This document shows positions 9,863 to 20,608 of a stretch of 64,000 nt of DNA, piece after piece (position 1 is the first letter of the stretch; every line of letters begins with the position of its first letter). The notes below the pieces were generated by a model. It was not told the DNA's origin. It searched no databases and saw only the letters and a program-made list of their open reading frames with translations. Made by a program: the position numbers and the translations under genes. This DNA comes from Gekko japonicus (lineage: Eukaryota), in the NCBI RefSeq assembly GCF_001447785.1, contig NW_015167536.1, positions 372,001-436,000 on the forward strand, in the 5' to 3' direction.

Positions 9863-12800
9863 TAATGCCGCTATTAAAAGCACAAATGCCCTGTTTAGAA
9901 AATAATGGCCGCAATCTTCATCGGGGGAGTGAAATGAATAGAACACACACTTCCCGATGTAATCGCTTTCATCGGCAAAGTTTTATTTGCTGGATACAGG
10001 CGAGGAGAGCTGCTGACAGGCACCACAGACTCCTATGCAAAGATTCTATGCCCTTTCCCAGATGCAACACAAACATTACATGAAACTAAATGACATGACT
10101 TGTCTGGCTGCACCTCCCGCCAGGATGACTGCAGGCCCTGGAGTTTTAGTCTCTCAAATACCCCATCATGGTGGCCCTGCAGCTGAGTTATTTCTGTTGC
10201 CAAGACCTTTTCCATAAGGCTTCCATAAAACCTACGAAGAAGTATGGGATCTCTGAGAAGCAGGAAAATGTTGAGGGTGTACGCGCTATAGAATGTCCAT
10301 AAACATTTTTAAACCTTTCTAACCTCTCCCCTTTCAATGTTTTTTCACTTTAATATGTTCTGAGGGTAGCCATGTTGTTCTACTGATACATACTTGATGG
10401 AGGGGGCTTTCTCTCATGAATGCTTATGCTACAATGAATGTTGTACTCTTTAAGGTCCCCCCAGGACTCACCCTTGTAGGACTCCTGTTCCTCCATAGCA
10501 TGCCACGAATATTACAGTACTCACAGTAACCAATTCCTTGGTCTCATAATGTCTACAGCAACCAATAATCCACTCCTGAACCTTCCCCAAATTTACAAAC
10601 AAAAATAAGAAAACCAGATGTGTTTCTACCTTGGGGTCTTCATCCATACTCTTTCTAAGTATAAACTGTTACTAAAAGTCTGCATCGAACACATTTAATC
10701 AATGTACAGGACTCATATGATTAAAAGGAACCATTCACATGTTCCAACATGCATGAAGCTACCACCACAGTGGCATCCCTGAAGAGCATGGAATCATTCT
10801 GGATCTCTCAATAGGCCCATATTTGGCTTTTCTGTTAGAGCCTTGTTTGCAATAATGATTTTTTGGCAAATCAGTATCATTATGAAAAGTAAGTACTGCA
10901 AAAGCTTACCATAAATACCACGTAGCAAAACTTCAACACAGACAGGGGAGGAAAGGCCATTCAGAAATTCTTTCACAGCAAAATTTTACTGGAATGGATT
11001 CTAAAAAGCACAGCCCAGCCCCAAGATGGTGTCACCTTTCCAATGGCCCAGCAAAAAGCTAATTCTTAAGTAAGTATGCATAGGATTGCAGCCCTAGCCT
11101 ACCGTAGCAAAAATAAACAGTTGTCTCAAGGCACTTTAAAGAATGACTTTTTAAAGATGCTAACATAAACTTTTGTGGACTAGACCCCACTTTTTGGGAA
11201 CAGAGGCTCAAGCATCAGTTTATGGTGAGGAAGCTGTTTCTGTTCCACATAATAAAAAAACCAGTGCTGGTCTTTAAAATGCCACAAGACTCCTGTTGGC
11301 TTTAGTGCCTATAAAGCACTGCTGCTTTTATTATTGGAAACAGAGGCTCAAGCATCAGTTTATGGAGGTGAGGAAGCTGTTTCTGTTCCACATAAAAAAA
11401 CCAGTGCTGGTCTTTAAAGTCCCACAAGACTCTTGTGCCTATAAAGCACTGCTGCTTTTATTATACCTATGATCTTGTTTATTTATTTTACTTACTGCAT
11501 TTATATCCTGCCTTTTGGTTTAAAAAACACCCAGGACATTCCACAATCAACACTGAAATACCACAATAATCAGTAAAATCAGATACAACATAATTAAAAA
11601 TTTAACAATATTGAAACTTCACAGGGCAATGAAAACCAATCAGGTATCCTCAAAGGTCTCCTGGAACCAGCGTGTTTTTGGATTATGAGGCAAGGGCTAC
11701 AGAGATTGTGACAGTTATACTTCCCGAGTGAGGAAGTTTGACACCCTGGGAGTGGCTGTTGAAAGAACCCATCTATGAATCCCCACCAATTACAGGTTTT
11801 TAAATTAACAAAGTTAACTGGAAATTAGTAACAAGCAACAATTCTATGTTTTCCTAAACTGCTCCATAGAAATTTAACTTAAAAAATCTTGATTATTCTC
11901 AGCAAGGCCTTGGAGGCACATAGATGTGTGCTTAGAGTTCTCACATTATGCAGTCAAAAAAGAGATAGATTGAGAGAAGATGTGGGATAAAGGAGGACTA
12001 GAAAGAAAAGTAAGCAAAGAGACAAAGAAAATAAGCAGGATGCAGGCTATGGAGATTCAGGACAGGGAGAAGAATAGGGAGATATTAATCATATGTTTGG
12101 CCCACTGCTTGATGAAGAGATCTTGCATGTATGAATGGGCCATCACAGATATGATGCTACAGAACTTGCAGGTAGCTTCGAATACAGGGCTCTGGAGACA
12201 GAGTCCACACCTCCATCTGCCAATCATCATTCAGGGTTAATCAAGTACCTGTGTCTGTGAACTAGGCCTCAGCCAAATGAAAAGAATGTGGCAGAGAAGG
12301 CAACACCTGCGGGTGACATCACATGTCAGGCAGCACCCACCCTTGTCAGAGTGATGAAACTCTGCTTCCTGTTCCCCTGCCTTATAACGTGTGGCATACT
12401 TTATGCATTAGCTCATTGCAAACAAAGAGTGCCTGATCAATCAGTCTTGTAAAGAATACAGTTTGGGATTCCCTGGTGCTGGTGGGGTGGGTGGGGAGAC
12501 CTGCTCCCCTGCCTTTCAGAGCAGCCTGACAGCCAGAAATTTTGCAGATGAGTATTTTTTTTTCTTCCCTTGCCTGGAGGGAATTGGTGAAAACAGAGCC
12601 TGATCTGTTTAATTTGTGTGTGTATAACAGGGTCCTGTTAAAGACACAGGAGCAGGGAGAGCAAACACATTGGCAACTCTATATACACACACACACACGC
12701 ATGCACACCCCTTCTAACAGCATACTGGCCAAAGCACCTTTCCAGGCATAAATCAAAACGCAAACTCAGTCTGAGATGGTCTCTCCTCTGCAGCATTCAG

Positions 12801-12931
12801 GAGAGCTTTCCCAGTGCTGAATTAAGAACTAACTTGAACTGCCCTGTGTGTCACCATCCCATCCCCCATTGGTGGATTGCTTTGGCCAGATCTTGAGATA
12901 CTTCTTGCATGTTTATGTTTCATGGAAGGCA

Positions 12932-13227
12932 TAGGGTTGCCAACTCTGGGTTGAGAAATTCCTGGAGATTTGGGGATGATGCCTGGGGAGGGTGGAGTTT
13001 GAGTAAGGACCTCAGCAGAGTATAATGCTGCAGAGTCAGTCCTCGAAACCAGCCAGTTTCTCCAAGGGAATGGATCTCTCGGTGGAGTTTGGGTAAGGAC
13101 CTCAGCAGAGTATAATGCTGCAGAGTCAGTCCTCGAAACCAGCCAGTTTCTCCAAGGGAATGGATCTCTGTAGATCTGTTGTAATTCTGAGAGAGCGCCA
13201 GGCCTCACCTGGAGGCTGGCAACCCTA
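12932..13227 (+). mobile_element. hAT MITE, TAGGGTTGCCA family, with internal 90-bp tandem duplication
   Basis: Termini tagggttgccaac and gctggcaacccta. 12991-13079 is repeated at 13081-13169. Confidence 0.85.
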
Positions 13228-13569
13228 AACACAGAAACTCCCCCCCCATTGTGGTGGGAAAAAATCGAACTGGTACCATTTTGCTTTCTGTGACACTTTC
13301 AAAGGTACAGAATCCATTTTAGTGGCCTGACTTTGACAACTCTGGCTCAGGATGGAAGGACAGGAATTTTTTTTGGGGGGGGGGGGGCAGATTTAAGAGA
13401 GGTTTCTTCCCTCCAGGGGTCTGTACTACTGAGAGATGAGCCTGGGATTTCTAACAAAGAAATCTTAGTATCCACTGGCATCAAACAACATTTCTCAGAG
13501 TTCTTCTGAATAAACTACACCGACTGTTAGTGACATTAAAAAAAAAGAATCTATATCAGTAGTGTGTGG

Positions 13570-13777
13570 CCCTGGGCTAGTCTGATCTTCTCAGGTCTCA
13601 GACGCTAAGTAGGGTTGGCCCTAGATAGTATTTGGATGGGAGACCTCCAAAGAATACCAGGGTGATGTTGACCACAGAGGCAGGCAAAGGCAGAAACCTC
13701 CTCTGAATATCTCTTGCCTCGAAAACCCTACTGAGTTGCCATAGGTCAGCTGTGACTTGATGGCACTTTCTACCACT
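13570..13777 (+). mobile_element. 5S rRNA-derived SINE with Sauria/RTE-type tail
   Basis: 5S-like head (gctaagtagggttggccc..agtatttggatgggagacc..gaatacc), followed by gcaggcaaaggcagaaacctcctctgaa...gccataggtcagctgtgacttgatggcactttc. Confidence 0.8.
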
Positions 13778-16700
13778 TACTGCCAGTCTAGATTCAGTCT
13801 GGAGGGAGCTGCGCTGCACTCTAGGAGGGAAAGGGAACTGCAATCTTCACATGCGCTGCACATTTCTAGAAGCGTGCCAGGGATGGGGCCTGAAAAGAGG
13901 CCACTGGTCTTGCGAACTCACTCAACGCCTTCTTGCCCTTTAAGCCAACCCTGTTCTCAGGATATTATCCACAGGCTGAGCTCCGCCGAGCTCCTTCCAT
14001 CTGCCTCCCACAGGGGTGGGGGAAACCGGCCAATGTAGCTGCAGGGTCAATCCATAAGGAAGGGCTGGAGCTCTCTCACTGGTGGAAATTGAATTGCTTC
14101 GGGGAGCAGAGTGAAGGGGAGGGGGGGCGTTGAGAGGAGAGGCGACTCCTCTAGCCAGTGACCTCCGCGTGGCCTCGCTTAATGAATTCATGGAGACAAA
14201 GCCACAGACTTGGTGGGAGAGGATGGCAGGAGAGCAGCTCTGACCCCGATATGCAACAGCGAAGGATTCGGGCCGCCGTGGGGCTTTTACGGGAGGAAGC
14301 CCAGCACAGAGCTGGCAAAAAAAAACACACAGAGGGAGACCTTGCAGAAAGTGGAGCCCAAGGAAGACATGATGCTTCTGGAGGAACGCCTCCCCCTTGG
14401 AGCCGCAGCACTGCGAGGTCCTCTTCCCCCCTGGCCTGCCTCCAAGGCGTCGCTCATCCTCAACCTTTGTCCTACCACAAATCGGCAGGCCTTACTAATC
14501 AAATCCCGATTACACCCATCTCCACCATAAATATTCGGCGGAGAAGGGGTGGGAAACGGGGGGAGCCGTTTGAAGTACGCCCCCCCCCAACTTCCTCGGT
14601 GAAGGCGATCTCGGTTGCTTGAAACGACCACGGTGTTTGCTTTCCCTCTAAACCGCCTTCGCCTGCCGCCCTGATCAGTGGGGTTGATCCTAAACACGCT
14701 CACTCGGGAGTAAATCGATGGGATTTGCTCCTAAGTGTCCATGCTTAATATCGCAGTGTAGACTGTGTAAAAAGAGAATCCCAAGGAAATCCTTCTTCCA
14801 GATGTATTCCTTTGTCTGTCTACAGCTTCATCTTTAGTATAACCCAACTGCGGGGCTCCTTCGCTTAGAATCGTCTCTCCCTTTCTCTCCCCCCTTCCAC
14901 CATACCCTTGGCAGAAAGGACAGAGATTTCAAAAGGAGGGCAAGCCTTGCATGCCTTTATCCAAGCCAACAAATTCAAATACTCTAAATCATAAACCTCC
15001 AGTTGGATACAATGGAGGGGGGGAGTCAAGGGGCTTCTTTCTCCTCTTTGCTGTGAGGTTCGGGGGAAAGAAAGGTGGCCTCTCCAGACAAGAAGTCATC
15101 AGACTGGAACGTCGCCTGCAGGTAAAAGGAGGCCGCCCGCTCCCCCCCCCCCTTTAAAGAGGCCTTTGGGTATGGAGTTACTCCCGAGATGAGTGTGGAG
15201 TGCTGGAGCTGAACTTCAACAGACTAAAAGCCTTGGAGTTCCAAAGATTTTTAGGTAATGACTCATGTCGTATAATGGAGCTCCAAATCGGTTTGGAGGC
15301 TCCGTTTTCTGGCCTGAAAAGTCTGTACACTCCGTAATCTCATCCACATTTGAGACTATGGATTACCCAGTAGTGAAGGGGATAATACTCTGCACATGCT
15401 CAGATACAATTCCCTCCAGGACTGAGTTTTATCACTGAAAGTGTTTTCTGGGGCTAACCTCTCAAATCAATTCTGGCATAAAGCCATAGGAGGGAGATGA
15501 TCAAGGTAACTGGGTTACAGTCCAGTTTCCGGAACAATTGCTTGTCTGTCTGTCTGTCTGCCCATCCCTCTATCCAGCCAAGCGACTTGGCTTCGTTTGC
15601 AGAGCGTCCATTGAGCCTTCATGCAAACTACAACGTCAGTTTCAGCTTTCATGGGCGGGCTCCGTGGAATCGACCTGAGCAGGGTTCTGAGTAGACCTGC
15701 TTAGGGAGGCACATTCAAGATGCAATCGTAAAAGACACTTTCCTGGAAGTAACCCCATTGAATTAATGGAGACTTGCTTCCGAGTTAGCCCTTCTTAGGC
15801 TTCCTCGCAAGAGTTCCCATCGCCATTGTCCACTGGTCACATCCCTGGTGTCGAAGCCTCCTTAGAAAAGGTTAGGGATCTAACCGTTCAGTCCTAATCA
15901 GAGGTACAACACCCAAAAATCCTCTGACGTCGAAAGTCTCAGAAAGTTGGAACTCTGTTTAAGATTGCAGCGTCAACTTCTCTAAGGTTAACCATTTATT
16001 TATAACGTCGCGGTGACTGGACTTCAAAGACTTCGCCTCTCTTCCCCCACCCTCCCCTCCCCTCCTCCAACAATGTATAGATTATCTTTGAGGAGTCGTT
16101 TGAGCTTGTAGCTGCTTTGGTAAACAATGTTCTCTTCATTGTTGGCACCTGAAACAGCCAGGGCCTGACAGATTTATGGATATGAGAAGAGGGGAAATAA
16201 TCTAAATTAAGTATTCGAGCCGCTGATCTGTAAATATAAGGGATGTTATCGTCTTGCTTATCTGGGGAGAGGGAAAAAAGAAAAATTGACACTGGAAACC
16301 GAGACCGCATTTTATTGTGAATGGGCGCCGGAAATCAATGTAGTCATTTTTATGTTGGGTTTGAGTATCCAGCAAGTCTTTCTACAGGAGGAGAAAACAA
16401 ACAAACAGACAAACCGATCGCGCTCTTTCTTTCCGGGTCCGAATAAATTTACAGCAGCACTTCCTCCCGCAAGGCGCGTACAGGTTTGCAGAATATTCCC
16501 GCAGGCGCGGCCGAGCGCGCTCCCGCACCACTGTTCCGGACGTCCTTAAGGCCTGCTGCGACCACAAGAAATGGCAGGGGAACCCGGGCCAGTTTGCAAC
16601 CTGCCACGTGCGTCCGTTTAACACCCTTTTTTGAGCTTTCCGAATCCGGGGTGAGATGCGGGCCTCTTCCAGATGCTGGAAAATAAGCTTCTGGGCTGGC

Positions 16701-16995
16701 GAAGAAAGAAAGAGCTGGACTCTCGGCCCTTGGCGAGTCGCTGAAGATTACTGGCCGAAGCCTTGACTTCAGAGCTGGGGGAGCCCCGGTGCCCCTAGCC
16801 GCACGCTCCGGTTGCCTCCGAGACTTCCGAGGAGATGCGGAGGAGCCACGTTAGGCTTCCAGGACGGAATGGCGTCTCCAGCTCTCAGGTGACCTTGGAC
16901 GAGTCCTTCTCGGCCTCTCATTCGCCCGAAAGCAGGAAGCTGGAGACGGATTCGAACTCCACCGTCTTGGGCTGGTGCGTGGGTCATCAGCTGCT

Positions 16996-17195
16996 CCGGT
17001 TGCCAAGCGCCTGGAGGAAACAAAGGGCCCCCTTCCCTGAAAGAGAGGCTTAATGTGTGGGAACGCCGGGCAGCTGGAGGTCTCCGTGGCAGGGAGGTCG
17101 AGGACAGCTCCTGGTAAACAACATCCCCCGTTAAGTTTCCGATAAAGGGATGGGGCTTCTTTCTCCTCCTCCTCCTCCTGGCAGTTGGCAACCCC
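16996..17195. mobile_element. Old palindromic GTTGCCAA-terminated MITE inside a CpG island
   Basis: ggttgccaagcgcctggagg...ccctgaaagagaggcttaa pairs imperfectly with ttaagtttccgataaaggg...cctcctggcagttggcaacc. Confidence 0.6.
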
Positions 17196-17897
17196 AGGCC
17201 TGGTGACTGCCGCATGCGCGTGTGAATGAGCCATCCACGAATCGGACTTCGATCTCCCGGCAAAGCTTCCCAGTGGAGTTTATCCACACGTTCGGGCGGC
17301 TAGTAATCCAGCACGATGCTAAACCCGCGTATGCCTCTGCCAGTTTAATAATACTAGTACCTCTACCCAGGGGGACCCCGGCACGGAAAACCCTTGCGAA
17401 GGCTAGTGACACACATTCCCCGTAATTCACACAAAAACCAGAGAGTCTGAGGGCTCTTTGGAGGAATCCAGGGCCGTTAAATCGCTTTCAACAGGGTTTT
17501 AAACGGCTGGGTTGACATGCTCGGTCTCCCAGCGGAGGCCGAGTTCTTGAACGCCTTGGCCGAGGCAGTGAAAACCTCACCGCTGGCAGCCGAAAGCACC
17601 TCCGAGCGGGCTCCCGCTCGGCACCTAAGGGACGATCAAGGCAAAGTTGAGCACTTTCAAGACCCATTGACTTCAGCAGAAGAGTTAAGCACCTGCTGAC
17701 ATCTCTGTCACTGAAATCAATGGCCCTCCTAAAAGGGACCTGGTTAAAAGCTTAACTCCTCTGCTTTGTATCTCATGACGCAAACAGCAGACTAATTCAT
17801 GCCGACCACTGATTTCAGTGGGCTTAAACTGGAATAAGCCTGCATGAGACGGCACTGGCAGCCTGCCTATTTGTTTACTTCATTTACACCCCCACTT

Positions 17898-18099
17898 CAG
17901 TGTTCCCTCTAAACTGAGTTAGTGTGAGCTAGCTCACAGGTTTTTAGCCTCCGGCTCACACATTTTTGTCTTGGCTCAGGAAGGATGGCTCCAGAGCAGA
18001 TTTATGGAGCAGCCAAATTGCTCATTCACAACTTGAATGCCAGTAGCTCACAAAGTAGATTTTTTGCTCACAAAACCCCACAGCTTAGAGGGAGCATTG
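17898..18099 (+). mobile_element. hAT-type MITE, CAGTGTTCCCTCTAAGCTG family
   Basis: Termini cagtgttccctctaaactg and cagcttagagggagcattg. Inserted into the tail of a reverse-oriented SINE (~17870-18305). Confidence 0.85.
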
Positions 18100-18667
18100 G
18101 CACCCCACCTTTCTCCCTAACAGAGACCCCAAAGCAGCGTACACCCTTCTGCTTTCCTCCATTTTATCCTCACGACACCCCTATGAGGAAGGTGAGGCTG
18201 AGACTTGGTGAGGGAGCCCGAGGTCACCCAGGGGGCTTTCATGTCAGAGTGGGAATTCCAGCAGTCTGGGTCCCCCAGGATCCCTGGTCCAGCCGCTGCA
18301 TCAGACTAAGTGCGATCCTAAACACCTGTACCTGGGAGGAAGCCCCTCGAATGGTCCTGAGCAGGAGACTAAACAGACCTGCTTAGCTTTGCACCCTGTA
18401 TCCCATAAAAATCTGGTATACTTAAGTCTTAACACAGCAGTCCTGAAGGCATCGTTTGGACTCCGGTCCCATTATCTCAAGAGCATGCCTTCCCATGGCG
18501 GACAAAGCCATCTAGAAATGTAGAACCCATTGGGTTCAGAAGGATGTAAAGGTTGCAACCCAGACTTGGTCCGTGGCTTGCCTTTGCTATACAGACCACC
18601 ACCACGCCTCCTTAAATAAACACACAAGACAGGTGATCTTCTGTCATGGGGCTTTGTAATATCAACA

Positions 18668-18767
18668 ATGCAGTGGCAAACCACCTCTGAAGCTCTCTGG
18701 CCTTGAAGACCCGTCGGGGTCACTGTAAGTTGGCTGCGACCTGACGGCCTTTGCCACCCCCACCACT
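18668..18767 (+). mobile_element. 3' fragment of the Sauria/5S-SINE tail
   Basis: tggcaaaccacctctgaa..tggccttgaagaccc..ggggtcactgtaagttggctgcgacctgacggc is homologous to 13685-13777. Confidence 0.6.
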
Positions 18768-19392
18768 GTCGACAGGGCTTACTAAGCAATAAATCCTCCC
18801 GGGTTGGACTGGGCTGCTTGAAAGGCCAGGTGAAAGGAGGACAGCGCTGGCCGGCTAACCTAATGGTGAGTTGAGCCCACCAACCGTGATACGGCATCTC
18901 TTCTCTAGATACAGTAATCAGATGGACCCAAGCGGAGATCAGCGCCCCAAAGTCTTGGGAACAAGGATTTCTGGGCTGGGCAACACCCACTTCCTCGAGT
19001 CACAGCCTTGGGGGAGATCTCTCACCAGCTGCCAGCCCTAATAGCCAAGTCTGACACGGGGAAACAACCGACCCAAACTCTGGGAGATCTTCCACAGAGG
19101 CAGCCAGAACTGAAAAGTCAGCTGGAAGTGTGTGCTCCTACAAGCACAACACAAGACTGCTGGAAAATTGGGGGGGGGGGGGGCTGTGTACACACGCGAG
19201 CACTGGCAGGCCCTTAGGCAGATCTCCGCCAGTTCTCTGCTGGAAGTCTAACTGTTCTACTGGAAGTCTAACTGTTCTACTGCAGACCAAGGAGGCTACT
19301 CTATGAAACGATCCCCGCAGACTGAAACCGAAGCCCACGAAATCCAAAAGAGAGCAAAGGAGGAGGCTATTTTTAAAGAATGGCCATGCTGA

Positions 19393-19422
19393 GCGCGCGC
19401 GCGCGCGCGCGCGTGTGTGTGT
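19393..19422. repeat. (GC)10(GT)5 alternating purine-pyrimidine tract
   Basis: Direct reading. Confidence 0.95.
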
Positions 19423-20594
19423 AGGGCAAACAGTTAACACTGTGGAAGCCACAACGGGGCCAGTGGTACCTCCAGGATGACGGCAGGGTTTCTGCTTCCC
19501 TCTGCACCCTGGCTAGAAGTCGGGGAGATGCAGCCAGGGCCGAAGAAGGATGAATGGCTTTTGAAGGATCCAGGGAGAACAGGGACAAGATGCTTTCTAG
19601 CAAACGTCAGACGGGGCTGCTTGTCCCGGTAGAGACTAATGGGAATTTAGGAATGAAGGGAGAGAGCGACTGCGAGCGAGAGAGCGTATTTCAGGAATGC
19701 CCTTGTTTCTTCAAGACATGCCCGGCCAGTCTGACCCGATAACTCCCTCTCCACGCCTGTGTGTGGAAGTCCCCCTCCTCAAACTAACAAGGAAGGGTAT
19801 GTGTATGTGTGTGGGGGTGTGACAGATCCTCACTAACCCAGTGCTTTAGAACCGGGGAGGTTAAACAGCAACAAAAGACGGTCTGGCGACTCCAAGGGGC
19901 CAAAATTTTCCCAAAATGCCCTTAATAACTACCGTAAACACGGGAAACAGGTAAGACCGCAGGCCCCGAGCTGTGCTTGATCAAGTGTACTGCGGGGACT
20001 GTGGGGGGGGGGGGGAAGAGACCTCTTGAAAACAGCTGCAGCCGGGGTTATAAAACAGGGGATTTCTGGAGCTGGACTCGGCCAGCCTTTCCATGACGAG
20101 TCGTTGCAAGGAATTCCCTCCGCACCAGACTTGGGCCAAGACTTTGCAACTTTCCGGGATCCTTCCAAAGAGCCTCAGAGGCACATTCGTGCACGTGATA
20201 AAGCTCCGGCTGAAGTCAAGGGACTCCTTGAGAGTAAGTGACTAAACAATTAACGACTGAAGGAGGCGATGAACCTGCGCTTTGAAGTCAGTGGGGCAGT
20301 CCTTGCCCCCAAAGCCACTCAAAGCTCGGAAAGGTGCCCGGGGGCACACTGTTGGGAGGAACCTCTAGGGTGCTTCTAAACAATACTGCTCTGCTGGGTG
20401 TCCTTTTGGAGTTTGCTTCCCGACAGTATTTTGAGTATCTGGAGGTAGCGTCAGGTAAGCAGGCAGGTAGAAGGGAGCCTCTTTAACATACATGAAAATT
20501 TTTACCCTGGATATTAATGAGGTGATGAGGCAGCTGGATGCAAAAAGGCGGGGGGGGGACACCTCTGAGCAAAACAAACCAGCCGTGATCGAAG

Positions 20595-20608
20595 GGGTCA
20601 CAGGTTCA
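20595..20608 (+). promoter_or_regulatory. Candidate DR2 nuclear-receptor element (possible RARE)
   Basis: GGGTCA-ca-GGTTCA: two perfect RGKTCA half-sites spaced by 2. No conservation evidence available. Confidence 0.35.

Noticed and set aside
13575-13665. 5S rRNA gene
   Set aside because: Diverged, truncated and fused to a retroposon tail; it is a SINE head.
14158-14703. Overlapping 100-150 aa ORFs in the CpG island
   Set aside because: Stop-poor GC-rich DNA open in several frames; no Hox1 or other recognisable motifs.
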